Shown in pieces: positions 21,039 to 30,723 of a stretch of 64,000 nt of DNA; the stretch's first letter is position 1; each line of letters starts with the position of its first letter. Both the position numbers and the translations under genes were made by a program. Below the pieces are notes generated by a model, which was not told the origin of the DNA, did no database searches, and saw only the letters and a list, made by a program, of their open reading frames with translations. Origin of the DNA: Nitrosopumilales archaeon (GTDB lineage: Archaea; Thermoproteota; Nitrososphaeria; Nitrososphaerales; Nitrososphaeraceae); assembly GCA_044507735.1 (NCBI GenBank), contig JBIQJB010000003.1, forward strand, positions 32,001 through 96,000, given 5' to 3'.

Positions 21039-22777
21039 TGACCCCCTCCATCTCCACGTTGTGCAACTGGAATGTCAACCCCGCCATCATCCGGGGCCGC
21101 TGACCCTCCTTCAGCATGAACTGGAACCGGGAGCACTCCCTCATACCCTTCAAACATGCCGCTGATATGGTCTTCGATAGGTGCAAGGAACAGGTCAGGG
21201 TAAACGCCGACGATCAGCGTCAGCGCTGCAAGCACACCCATTGTGGCGGTGATATAGCGGTTTGAATCCTTTACGTGCGCAAGCTCCTCCGGCGTCTTGC
21301 CAAAGAATATGCGCTTGAACATCCACAAAATGTATGCAGACGATAGCACCGTTGCCAGTATACCAAACCCAAACATTGTAGTCCTCAGCGGATCCATGTC
21401 TGCTGCAGCAGTCTGGAGGACCCCGTTGAACAGGATCCACTCTCCCATAAAGCCGCTTGTGGGCGGGATCCCAATAATTGTGAGCGCACCAATCATTGCG
21501 AGAACAGCTGTGTAGGGCATCTTGCCTGCTAGTCCGCCCAGCTTTGACATGCTTCTTGTACCGGTCTGGAGGATGATCGAGCCGGCCATCATGAACAGAA
21601 TGGCCTTCCCCAGGCCATGGGTAACATACATCAGGGTTGCACCGGTGACGCCAAGAACGCTTTCAGAACCGATGCCAAACAGGATGTAACCCATCTGGCT
21701 GATACTGGAATAAGCGAGAACCTTCTTGATATCATCCTGCATCAGAGCCATTGCGCCGCCGTATATCATCGTGGCGAGGCCCCACATGTTGATGTAAAGG
21801 CTGTATTGTTCATAGCTGCCGGTCAGGAGCTCCAGCCAGAGTCTCAAAAGACCGTACGCGCCGATGCCGATCATGGCAGGAGACAGCAGGGCAGAGACAG
21901 GAGTCGGTGCCTCAGCGTGGGCATATGGGAGCCAGATGTGCAGGAGAAACGCTGCAAGCTTTACCCCAAGACCAACTACGAGTGCAAATACGATGAGAGG
22001 CATCCACTGCGCGGGGATGTTGGCCGCGTTTGCCTTAATGGTGTCAAAGTCAAAGCCGCCTGCAAAGAACCCCATTGCCAGTAGGCCCAGCAGTAGCACC
22101 ACTGCGCCGACATGGGTCCAGAAGAAGAACATCAAGGCTATTCGGCGCCTTGCTCCATAGCCATAAAAGGCCACAAGGAAGAAGGACGGCACGAGCATCA
22201 GTTCAAAGAAGACATAGAACTCGATCAGGTTCGTAGCCAGCACTGTGCCTAGCATCCCCATCGAGAATGCGAGATAGAGTGAGAAGTAGAGTGCCATCTG
22301 GTTCTTGACGCGCTGGTCGCTTTCAAGGACAGTCAGCTGGGAGCCAGATATGCTGCTGTTGCTGACGCGTCCGTGTGAACCCTCGTTGCCATGAGTGGAA
22401 GACGGAGTGCCGTTTCCATGGCCTTTATGCTCTGGCAGATCCTCCGACACTTTGTGCACCATGTACGGCTTTGAGTAGAGCGCAAGGACGGTGCATAGGA
22501 TATAGATTATGAGCGCAAACGGCAGGCTGAGGCCGTCCATCCGGAGGCCAAAGTTGCCAAACTGGCCCCATGCATAGCTTTCAGTGTAGACAGCAAATGC
22601 ACCCGTATAGATGCCGATGGCAGGTATCGCAAGGAGCGCTGTCGAGATCGCAAGGATGGCAAATGAAAACCATGTCGCAGCGTTTACGCCGAACTTTCTG
22701 CCAAGCCCATAGGCGACAGGCGCAAGAAGGAGCGGTATAAAGGTCGCTGCCAACAGGAAATAAGATGATTCTGCCAT
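21035..22777 (-). CDS. nuoM: NADH-quinone oxidoreductase subunit M
   Basis: FYVFFELML, HIWLPYAHAEAPT, KKVLAYSSISQMG. Confidence 0.95.
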   Translation of the reverse strand: MAESSYFLLAATFIPLLLAPVAYGLGRKFGVNAATWFSFAILAISTALLAIPAIGIYTGAFAVYTESYAWGQFGNFGLRMDGLSLPFALIIYILCTVLALYSKPYMVHKVSEDLPEHKGHGNGTPSSTHGNEGSHGRVSNSSISGSQLTVLESDQRVKNQMALYFSLYLAFSMGMLGTVLATNLIEFYVFFELMLVPSFFLVAFYGYGARRRIALMFFFWTHVGAVVLLLGLLAMGFFAGGFDFDTIKANAANIPAQWMPLIVFALVVGLGVKLAAFLLHIWLPYAHAEAPTPVSALLSPAMIGIGAYGLLRLWLELLTGSYEQYSLYINMWGLATMIYGGAMALMQDDIKKVLAYSSISQMGYILFGIGSESVLGVTGATLMYVTHGLGKAILFMMAGSIILQTGTRSMSKLGGLAGKMPYTAVLAMIGALTIIGIPPTSGFMGEWILFNGVLQTAAADMDPLRTTMFGFGILATVLSSAYILWMFKRIFFGKTPEELAHVKDSNRYITATMGVLAALTLIVGVYPDLFLAPIEDHISGMFEGYEGVLPVPVHAEGGSAAPDDGGVDIPVAQRGDGGGH

Positions 22778-22786
22778 GTTGATTTT

Positions 22787-23089
22787 CTAACCCCGCATAC
22801 TCCTGAATTCTGCTACATCTATCTCCTTGTACAGCCTGTATGCCACGATGATGAGCCCGAGGCCCACCGCCACTTCTGCAGCCGCTATGGCTATCGAGAA
22901 GAGCGCAAATGTCTGGCCCTGGGCGTTTGGAAGGCCCCTTGCAAATGCGATGACTGCAAGATTCGCAGCGTTGGCAATGATTTCTATCGAAAATAGCATC
23001 CTGATCGCGTTGCGCTTCACCACCAAGCCATAGATGCCGACGGCGACAAGCACCATTGACACAATTAGGAAATCAATCAGCTCGCTCAT
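22787..23089 (-). CDS. nuoK: NADH-quinone oxidoreductase subunit K
   Basis: KRNAIRMLFSIE…AAAEVAVGL; start MSELID. Confidence 0.93.
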   Translation of the reverse strand: MSELIDFLIVSMVLVAVGIYGLVVKRNAIRMLFSIEIIANAANLAVIAFARGLPNAQGQTFALFSIAIAAAEVAVGLGLIIVAYRLYKEIDVAEFRSMRG

Positions 23090-23603
23090 GTTGTTGTTGC
23101 TCCTCCACATCCTCTCTGCGCGCCAGTGCAAGCGCGGCAATTACAGACCCGGCAAGGGTCAACCCCATAAGTATGAGAACAGGTGCATAGTAAGTCGTCA
23201 TCAGCTCGCCTATTTGGACAAAGTCAACCGTCGACTCGCCGGCAAAGTTTCCAAACTGGCCGTTCAGCCCTGACGCAAGTAGCAAAGCTCCCAAGCTTGC
23301 CATGATTATCAGCATGAGTGCAATCCCCGCACCCTTGCGCTTCTTGTCCTCCTTTGTGGTAAAGAGGGCCTGAGTCCTCACCAGCATGACTGTGAATATG
23401 ATGAGCACCGCGACTGCGCCCACATAGACTGCGATCTGGAACATGGCGACAAATGGCGCGTCCAGTAGCAGGAAGAATCCGGCTATTCCAAGCATAGAGA
23501 TCGCAAGCGCGACTGCGCCATAGATCAGCTCGCGGGCTTCAAGCGCGATTATTGCAGTCCCAATAGTCAGCACCGCAACTGCAATGAACACAGGGTCAGC
23601 CAT
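23073..23603 (-). CDS. nuoJ: NADH-quinone oxidoreductase subunit J
   Basis: QIAVYVGAVAVLIIF; operon position. Confidence 0.93.
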   Translation of the reverse strand: MADPVFIAVAVLTIGTAIIALEARELIYGAVALAISMLGIAGFFLLLDAPFVAMFQIAVYVGAVAVLIIFTVMLVRTQALFTTKEDKKRKGAGIALMLIIMASLGALLLASGLNGQFGNFAGESTVDFVQIGELMTTYYAPVLILMGLTLAGSVIAALALARREDVEEQQQHERAD

Positions 23604-24093
23604 GTGTAGCCCCCCTGTCGTCTATTACGATTTCAACGTCGCCCTGATACTTTGGTTTGACTGCCAGCTGGGCAGGAGTGTAAATCAGGTGTTCCTTTGT
23701 AAAGGAGGACAGCTCGTAGTCGTTTGTCATAAACAGAGCATAGAATGGGCAAGCATCCACGCACAGCCCGCAGAACACGCACTTGCCATAGTCTATCTGC
23801 GGCATAATACTCTTCTTGTTCTGCTTCCATGACTCGTCCACCTTGACCATCCCTATGGCTTCTGCAATTCCTTCGCATGCGATCGCGCAGAGCTGGCATC
23901 CAGTGCACTTGTCATGCATCAGGATGTGGCGCCCGCGGTAGCCGGCGATTCCGACGCCCCGCTTTGGATCAAACTGGTATCCGTCGCCCACAAACTTGAG
24001 CTTCTCCTGTGGGTAGCGGAAGGTGAAGCGCTTGATGATCAGGTGCTTCGACCCCGACTCTATAGCTTTGATAAAGCCGCCCGCAGATGTCAT
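23596..24093 (-). CDS. nuoI: NADH-quinone oxidoreductase subunit I
   Basis: Two CxxCxxCxxxC 4Fe-4S motifs. Confidence 0.95.
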   Translation of the reverse strand: MTSAGGFIKAIESGSKHLIIKRFTFRYPQEKLKFVGDGYQFDPKRGVGIAGYRGRHILMHDKCTGCQLCAIACEGIAEAIGMVKVDESWKQNKKSIMPQIDYGKCVFCGLCVDACPFYALFMTNDYELSSFTKEHLIYTPAQLAVKPKYQGDVEIVIDDRGATHG

Positions 24094-25361
24094 CTAACTA
24101 GCAGACCTCCCGGACCAAGTATTCCGCCATATATTAGTGCAAGGGCTACGAATATGTTGATGAACGCAAGGACGATCAGTTTGTACCAGCCGGTGTGAAG
24201 CAGTATGTCTATCCTTATTCTAGGGCTGATGCCTCTGGGCAGGAGCATGAGAAGTATCATGCCAAAAGTCTTGAGAGTGAACCACAAGGTGCCATTAGCA
24301 GCTTCCTGATTGTAGAGCGGGTTCATGTCGACTATCGGCGTCTCGACTGAAGGCGGGAAGACCATCGGGCCGGCCCATCCGCCAAGGAACAATATTACAA
24401 AGAGCGCAGCCAATGCATAGGTCTTCAAGTACGAGCCAAGCTGTATCAGACCGTAGATCATGCCCGAAGTCTCGGTAAGCCAGCCGGCTACAATCTCAGA
24501 TTCGGCCTCAGGGAGGTCGAATGGGATCCTCTCAAGCTCTGCCAGTGACGAGATGTAAAAGACAAATGCGCTAATCGGGAGGAAAAAGATGAACCAGTAG
24601 GACTGGATCTGCGACTCGACGATGCCAGTCAGATTGAGAGTTCCTGCCAGTATGACCACAGAAAGCGCCGACAGTATGAACGGGATTTCAAAGGCGATCA
24701 TCTGGTGAAGGGCACGCAGGCCGCCGATGAACGGATACTTGCTGTTGCTAGCCCATGAGAAGAGCAGGGCAATGAGCGGGAAGAACCCAAGTATTGCAAA
24801 GACCGCGAGCAGCCCCACATCAACATCTGCAACCACAAATCCTGGTGCGGCGGGTATCAGTGCGACTACTGCTGCAGCGGTTGCGACAAATGCTATCGGC
24901 GCTGCCCAGAAGAGGGGCTTGTCAGCTCCCGATGGAACAATGATCTCCTTGGCAATCAGCTTAAGTCCATCAGCGATCAGCTGGAGGATACCCTCTATTT
25001 TACCAGCATATAGCGGCCCGACACGCAGCTGCATCTTGGCGAGGAACTTGCGTTCGATAAAGATGGTTGCTGCCGCTATGAGGGCGGCGTATGTAAAGCC
25101 AGGGAACATGGCCACCCTGAAGAAGTCGCTTGCCATCAGCGTCTGGAGTACAGGAATCGCGCTCTGCGGATACAATATCGACGTCAAAAATAGGTACGGT
25201 GTCAGGACTTCTCCATTGACCTCGGGGAGTGGCACATAGAACAGGACCACGAACAGGAGTGGCAGTCCTACAAGTGTGACTATGATAATTATCCAGAATA
25301 TGAGCCAGAGCAGGCTCCCAACGAATTCTCCAAAGCGGAAGTTCTGCGGGTATGATGCCAT
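24090..25361 (-). CDS. nuoH: NADH-quinone oxidoreductase subunit H
   Basis: ERKFLAKMQLRVGP, RIPFDLPEAESEIVAG. Confidence 0.95.
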   Translation of the reverse strand: MASYPQNFRFGEFVGSLLWLIFWIIIIVTLVGLPLLFVVLFYVPLPEVNGEVLTPYLFLTSILYPQSAIPVLQTLMASDFFRVAMFPGFTYAALIAAATIFIERKFLAKMQLRVGPLYAGKIEGILQLIADGLKLIAKEIIVPSGADKPLFWAAPIAFVATAAAVVALIPAAPGFVVADVDVGLLAVFAILGFFPLIALLFSWASNSKYPFIGGLRALHQMIAFEIPFILSALSVVILAGTLNLTGIVESQIQSYWFIFFLPISAFVFYISSLAELERIPFDLPEAESEIVAGWLTETSGMIYGLIQLGSYLKTYALAALFVILFLGGWAGPMVFPPSVETPIVDMNPLYNQEAANGTLWFTLKTFGMILLMLLPRGISPRIRIDILLHTGWYKLIVLAFINIFVALALIYGGILGPGGLLVR

Positions 25362-25365
25362 GTCT

Positions 25366-26526
25366 CTATCTATCAGCCTCCACAGGCCAGTAGTTGAGTG
25401 ACCAATAAGTAGCAGGCATGTCCGCCAGTCTCTGTCCTACAAGTAGGTAGGGCAATGCAAGGATGTTGCGGAACGAACCCACGGAAATCTTTACGCGGTA
25501 TGGCTTTGGCGTGCCGTCACTTATGATATAGTAACCCAGAGCACCCCTGCCCGATTCGACTCGCCTGTAAGCTTCGCCCGGAGGACCCTTGGGGTTTGGC
25601 TGGAGCTTGGCTCGCACTTCGCCTGACTGTGGCATCTTGTCAAGCAATTGCTCAATGATATAGCACGATTCCTTCATGTCCAAGAATGGCACGTATGACC
25701 TTGCAAAGCAATCCCCAGTCTTCATGTACTGGACCTTGAAATCAATCTCGTTGTAGATGTCATAAGGCTCGGCTTTCCGGATGTCGTACGGGATGCCGGA
25801 CGCGCGCAGGACAGAGCCCGTCACACCAAGCTTGACGGCGTCTTCCCTTGAAAGCACTGCCACCCCTTCGGTCCTCTGCCTAAAGAGGGGCATGTTGTAG
25901 AATATGTCCTCGTACTCTTTGAGGCGCTTTTGGAAGTACCTGATCTGCCGCAGGCACCTGTCCTTAAAGCCCTCGGGCATGTCGTTTCTCACGCCGCCAG
26001 GTATGTTGTATGCGTGTGTAACTCGGGCACCTGTGAGCGCTTCAAGAAGGTCTATCAGGAGCTCCCTGTCGCCGGCTGGCCACATGAACATTGTCGAATG
26101 ACCTAGGAATATGCCATAGATTGCAAGCCAGTAAAGCGTATAGACGCTGCGGTTGATCTCTGACGCGATCGCCCTTATGAATTGGCCGCGCCTGGGCACT
26201 TCAATTCCAACGAGCTCTTCGACAGCAAGGCTGTAAGCATAGGTAATGTTGGTAGAATCATGAATTACAGGACGCTCCAAGTGCGGGATGTTCTGGATGA
26301 CGTTTCTGTATTCGCACATTTTTTCTTCTCCACGGTGGACATACCCAGGATCGGGATCACAGTAGACGATATAGTCTCCGTCAACTTTGATTGTAAAGCG
26401 GAAGTGACCGGAGCCGGGATGCTGCGGTCCAACGCTGAGCGTCATCAGGCGGTCTTCTTCAGTTTCCTTAACTATTTGGAGTCCCAGTCTCTTTGATTCC
26501 TCAAACTTTTCATCTAGGCTTGCCAT
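25366..26526 (-). CDS. nuoD: NADH-quinone oxidoreductase subunit D
   Basis: GPQHPGSGH, GYVHRGEEK. Confidence 0.95.
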   Translation of the reverse strand: MASLDEKFEESKRLGLQIVKETEEDRLMTLSVGPQHPGSGHFRFTIKVDGDYIVYCDPDPGYVHRGEEKMCEYRNVIQNIPHLERPVIHDSTNITYAYSLAVEELVGIEVPRRGQFIRAIASEINRSVYTLYWLAIYGIFLGHSTMFMWPAGDRELLIDLLEALTGARVTHAYNIPGGVRNDMPEGFKDRCLRQIRYFQKRLKEYEDIFYNMPLFRQRTEGVAVLSREDAVKLGVTGSVLRASGIPYDIRKAEPYDIYNEIDFKVQYMKTGDCFARSYVPFLDMKESCYIIEQLLDKMPQSGEVRAKLQPNPKGPPGEAYRRVESGRGALGYYIISDGTPKPYRVKISVGSFRNILALPYLLVGQRLADMPATYWSLNYWPVEADR

Positions 26527-26530
26527 GTCG

Positions 26531-27139
26531 CTATCTCCCCTTTATCCTAAAGTCTTTACGAAGTGGAGGGATGTCTGCCCAGTCTTCGGGTAGGAGGAAC
26601 CTCTCATTCCTCGGGTGACCCTCAAAGTATACCCCCAACATCTCGAACGTCTCCCTCTCGTGATATTCCACACTTTTATACACGTTAATTAACGTTGGGA
26701 GACGGGCGTCATCCCTGTTTGTACGCGTAGCTAGTGAGAAAACGTGATTTCCAAGGTCTTCCCGGGTATACGACCCAAGATGGTAAACAACTTCGATCTG
26801 GTTGTCCTTCGGGTAATCGACGCCTGCGACGGACTCGGCGTGATCCAAGCCGATGCTATCCCTCAGGAAAGTCGCAACTTCGACAATGTCCTTCGGCTCT
26901 ACCTGAATTTTGATCCTAAGAGGTTTTATGAAAACAGTCTTGAAGGTCGATTCGCCAAACTTCTTCTTTATCTCCTCAACCAACCCCTTTTCAAATGGTG
27001 GTGCCTCTGGCGCTTTGCTTGGAGGTGCTGATGCGGCTGCGGGCTTTGCTGCTGCTGGTGCAGGCGGCTTTGCAGCCGCAGGTTTTGGCGATGGCGGGCT
27101 AGCGGCGGGCTTGTTTGGCTCGTCCTTGTTGGCGCTCAT
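26531..27139 (-). CDS. nuoC: NADH-quinone oxidoreductase subunit C
   Basis: ERETFEMLGVYFEGHP…PLRKDF; Pro/Ala-rich N-terminal tail. Confidence 0.93.
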   Translation of the reverse strand: MSANKDEPNKPAASPPSPKPAAAKPPAPAAAKPAAASAPPSKAPEAPPFEKGLVEEIKKKFGESTFKTVFIKPLRIKIQVEPKDIVEVATFLRDSIGLDHAESVAGVDYPKDNQIEVVYHLGSYTREDLGNHVFSLATRTNRDDARLPTLINVYKSVEYHERETFEMLGVYFEGHPRNERFLLPEDWADIPPLRKDFRIKGR

Positions 27140-27140
27140 G

Positions 27141-27656
27141 CTACTTTATCTTTGACCTTTTGATCTTTTCCTGCAGCAACATGCAGCCCTGGATAAGCGT
27201 TTCAGGTCTTGGAGGACAGCCAGGCACGTACACGTCGACAGGCACAATGCCGTCAACGCCTGGAAGCACATTGTATGAGTCGATGTAGAGACCGCCAGTA
27301 ATGGCACATGCACCCATTGCAATCACGTACTTTGGCTCCGGCATCTGATCATAGACCATCCTCAGCCTCGGGGCCATCTTTCTTGTCACTGTCCCTTGCA
27401 CCACGATAAGGTCGCACTGACGCAGAGAGCCAAAGGCTTCTATGATGCCAAAGCGCTCGACATCATATCTTGGGCCAGAAGCGGCTCCAAACTCTACGCT
27501 ACAGCAGGCAGTCTCAAGGTGCACAGGCCAGAGTGACCAGACCCTCCCCCAGTTTATGGCATAGCCCAGCGGTGCGTCCAGCGCTCTAACCAGAATGTCG
27601 CTGAGCTTGCTCACCATCACGTTAAAGTTGGTGGGGCTGACGAGTTCTCTTTTCAA
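27141..27656 (-). CDS. nuoB: NADH-quinone oxidoreductase subunit B
   Basis: TACCSVE, GACA, VPGCPPRPE; TTG start at 27656 preceded by GGAGG. Confidence 0.95.
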   Translation of the reverse strand: MKRELVSPTNFNVMVSKLSDILVRALDAPLGYAINWGRVWSLWPVHLETACCSVEFGAASGPRYDVERFGIIEAFGSLRQCDLIVVQGTVTRKMAPRLRMVYDQMPEPKYVIAMGACAITGGLYIDSYNVLPGVDGIVPVDVYVPGCPPRPETLIQGCMLLQEKIKRSKIK

Positions 27657-27729
27657 TTGTGCCGGTCCTCCTCTCTTATTTCGTGTTGTTCTCCGCAGCA
27701 TGAATATTTAATACTTGTTAGCGAAACCA

Positions 27730-28104
27730 TCACCAAATCCCTTTCCTCCCTGAAAGATAGAGCGCATAGCCCATCGCTGCAAACATTATTCCCAGGAAGC
27801 CGATTATTGGAAGTGTTGCGGCGCGCGGGATGTTAAATAGCGCAGTTCCCCAAGCATAGAGAAAGATAGACATCACGTCAAAGACCACGAACATCAGAAT
27901 GTAAGCATAATACTGCATCATGAAATGCGATCTGCCTTCTCCTGTTGGCATCTGGCCACACTCCATTGGCAGGAACTTGACTGGGTTGTATCGGCGTCTT
28001 GGCGAAAGTAGTCTTGACAGAATTAACGCGGGCACCGCGGCTAAAAGGCCGAAACCGAGCATGTATAGGATCGGAGCAAACTCCGCGGCGGTTTCTCCAG
28101 CCAA
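27730..28104 (-). CDS. nuoA: NADH-quinone oxidoreductase subunit A
   Basis: PMECG, FVVFDV. Confidence 0.93.
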   Translation of the reverse strand: MAGETAAEFAPILYMLGFGLLAAVPALILSRLLSPRRRYNPVKFLPMECGQMPTGEGRSHFMMQYYAYILMFVVFDVMSIFLYAWGTALFNIPRAATLPIIGFLGIMFAAMGYALYLSGRKGIW

Positions 28105-28166
28105 GGCATGACTTGCTGTTTTTCGAAGGTATAAAAACCTAACGAGCAGGTGCCAATTTTCGCAAA

Positions 28167-29384
28167 TCAGCTCTTCAGTATCATGTTAAACAGTTGTCTT
28201 GCGACAAGCTTGGGATGGTGCAAAGCAAGTTTCATCATCTTGCCCGTCGTAAAGTCGGCCTTGATAAAGTCCAGAAATTCGTCGACGGTCATGTCTCTAA
28301 GGATCTCTATCTCACGGTCCCACTGTTCATCAGACAGGCCAAGCCAGCGGGTCTGCACTTTGAGCGCAGACTGGATCTTGGATTCAACTTTTGCCTTCCA
28401 GACCTTCTCATATTCCATTAGAGACTCTCTTGTAGAATTGCTCGCAAGAGACCTTGCGCCCACTTCTCCGGCTAGCCTGCCAAATTCTATCGCATAGCGG
28501 ATGCCTTCCAGCACGAGCGGATTTGACTGCCCTGCAGAGTCGCCCACCATGATTAGACCATCCGTGATGCTATCCTGGCGGACCCCTTCATTTGGGATAA
28601 AGCCATAGTGCAGTTCTATGGGCTGTATTTTTCCAATGGCGTCAAGAGGCTTTGGCCTCTTTTCCAGAATCTGGTGCAGTTTTTCAAGTGGGTCAGCGCT
28701 CGATTCCGGCCTTCCTATCCCTACTCCAATCCTTACCCTGTTCTTTGACAGCGGGAAAATCCACGCATAGCCGGCTTCAGAGTACTGCTGCCCGATCATT
28801 AGAACCCAGGTTGCGCTGTCGATTTCATCGCAGTAGCACTCGTACTCTGCACCAACCCCATAACGCCTCCATTCACCCACAGCCCCTGCCCGGCGCGCCA
28901 CAGAAGCAGAAAAGCCACTTGCGTCTATGACAAGTGTTGAACGTACTATCATGTCGCCCTTGGGCGTGCTTGCCTTTACGCCGGCGATCCTGCCATTGCC
29001 TTCCTTTATTACGTTTATCACATTGCTCCTCACCATGATCGTGGCGCCGGCCCTTGCTGCCATAAAGGCAAGGTGCTGGTATGTTGCCCTCACGTCAAGC
29101 ACACACGATCTTGGAGTATTTCCAGAGATCACGACATCGTTTGAAGGGGACACGAAGCGGTAGTTCTGCACGGGATTGTACAACCCGCTAGGGATCCCAA
29201 GCCTTTCCATTTCAGAAATCCACGTCACGCCGCTTGTCCTGACGCTGTGTGCGATCGCTTCGTCCTTTTCAAACAAGATCACCTTTGCGCCGGCCCTTGA
29301 TGCGGAATATGCTGCAGAAAGCCCTGCGGGACCTCCGCCAACGACAGCAATATCGTAGTGGTGTCCTTCTTTTTCCTCTCCCAC
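28167..29384 (-). CDS. Geranylgeranyl reductase family FAD oxidoreductase
   Basis: VVGGGPAG, GYAWIFP, GDSAGQSNPLVLEGI. Confidence 0.88.
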   Translation of the reverse strand: MGEEKEGHHYDIAVVGGGPAGLSAAYSASRAGAKVILFEKDEAIAHSVRTSGVTWISEMERLGIPSGLYNPVQNYRFVSPSNDVVISGNTPRSCVLDVRATYQHLAFMAARAGATIMVRSNVINVIKEGNGRIAGVKASTPKGDMIVRSTLVIDASGFSASVARRAGAVGEWRRYGVGAEYECYCDEIDSATWVLMIGQQYSEAGYAWIFPLSKNRVRIGVGIGRPESSADPLEKLHQILEKRPKPLDAIGKIQPIELHYGFIPNEGVRQDSITDGLIMVGDSAGQSNPLVLEGIRYAIEFGRLAGEVGARSLASNSTRESLMEYEKVWKAKVESKIQSALKVQTRWLGLSDEQWDREIEILRDMTVDEFLDFIKADFTTGKMMKLALHHPKLVARQLFNMILKS

Positions 29385-29391
29385 CTTCTAC

Positions 29392-30723
29392 TCAGCCTGC
29401 CGTAAAGGAAATTTCGTCAAAGCGCATAAACGGCAGTATGGAATCATAAATTACCTTTCGCTCCTTGGATACGCCGTTCAACTTGCGCAGTGCGTCAAAA
29501 ACGTTGCCGGCCACCATTACCTCCCGGACTGCGTGCTCGACTGTTCCGTTCCTCACCAGCCTTCCTCCCTTAACCACGCCGGAAAAATCACCGTTCACAG
29601 GATTGACGTTGCCTGAAAACCGGCTGACAATGATGCCCCTTCTCATTTCCGAAATCATAGTATCAATGCTCTGCTTGCCGGGTCTGACCACAAAGTTGGT
29701 TGTCGACACAGACGGTGGCGAGCCGGTCGAGCCGCTTGCATTTCCTGTGCTCCGGACTCCATCTTTTCTTGCAGTGTACGTGTTGTAAAGGAACTTCTTG
29801 AGCACCCCTTTCTCTATCACGACATTCTTGCGATGAGGAATGCCTTCCCTGTCAAAGCTGGACGCGCCAAGCCCTTCTACATTGGTTGCATCGTCCTCAA
29901 CTGTCAGCAGGTCTGAGGATACCTGCCTTCCAACCTTGCCAGCAAAGTAGCTTGATTTCTTCTGGACGGCGTCAGAATTGATCGAATGCGATATTACGTC
30001 CGCCATCATTTCATCAAAGGCCGACGGCGTCAGCAGCATCTCACCCTTGAAGCTTTCTATCTTGCGCGGGTGCAGCGAGTTTACTACTGTCTCTGCGAAT
30101 TCGGTAGCTGCTTTTCTCACGTCGATCCCCTTGACGGAGTGCGAGGCCCCAATCTGAAAGTCAAAGCTAGAGATGTCGTTTCCATCTATGGCCATACCCA
30201 TTATTGACCACGAAAAGACACTCATCTTTTCCGACATCCTTATTCCATTAGAATTGGCAAGCCATTGAGTTGCCACGCTGGCGTTGAAACTGCCGCTATC
30301 AACGCTCACTCTGCGGTCATATGACTTGGCCGCCTCAAGCATCTCCGCAGCCTTGACTGCAGCGTCAGCTGCCGCAAACGACTCGGCCTTTTTGTCATAG
30401 ATTCCCCTGAGCGCATTTACTTTTGACTTGCCGGGAAGCCTATTGAACTTGTCGCGCGGGCTGGAACGTGCAATTCTTACCGCGATCGCCACTGCATCCA
30501 TTATCCGCTCCTTTGTCAGGATGTTGGTGGAATAGAACCCAAGCGAGCCCCCGTTCAGCAGCACCCTTATCCCCATCGAGCTTGACCTTTGTGATTTGGC
30601 CTGCTTGACATCATTGTTCTCGATAAACACTTCCGATTCGTTACCAGTAGCTGCGTACACTTCAACATCGCTTGCACCGAGCGCTTTGGCCTCCCTTATT
30701 GCGCTTTGCATGAGGTCTTCCAA
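29392..30723 (-). CDS. TldD/PmbA family protein (PmbA/TldE-like)
   Basis: FDREG, NPVNGDFSG; pairs with TldD. Confidence 0.88.
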   Translation of the reverse strand: MEDLMQSAIREAKALGASDVEVYAATGNESEVFIENNDVKQAKSQRSSSMGIRVLLNGGSLGFYSTNILTKERIMDAVAIAVRIARSSPRDKFNRLPGKSKVNALRGIYDKKAESFAAADAAVKAAEMLEAAKSYDRRVSVDSGSFNASVATQWLANSNGIRMSEKMSVFSWSIMGMAIDGNDISSFDFQIGASHSVKGIDVRKAATEFAETVVNSLHPRKIESFKGEMLLTPSAFDEMMADVISHSINSDAVQKKSSYFAGKVGRQVSSDLLTVEDDATNVEGLGASSFDREGIPHRKNVVIEKGVLKKFLYNTYTARKDGVRSTGNASGSTGSPPSVSTTNFVVRPGKQSIDTMISEMRRGIIVSRFSGNVNPVNGDFSGVVKGGRLVRNGTVEHAVREVMVAGNVFDALRKLNGVSKERKVIYDSILPFMRFDEISFTAG

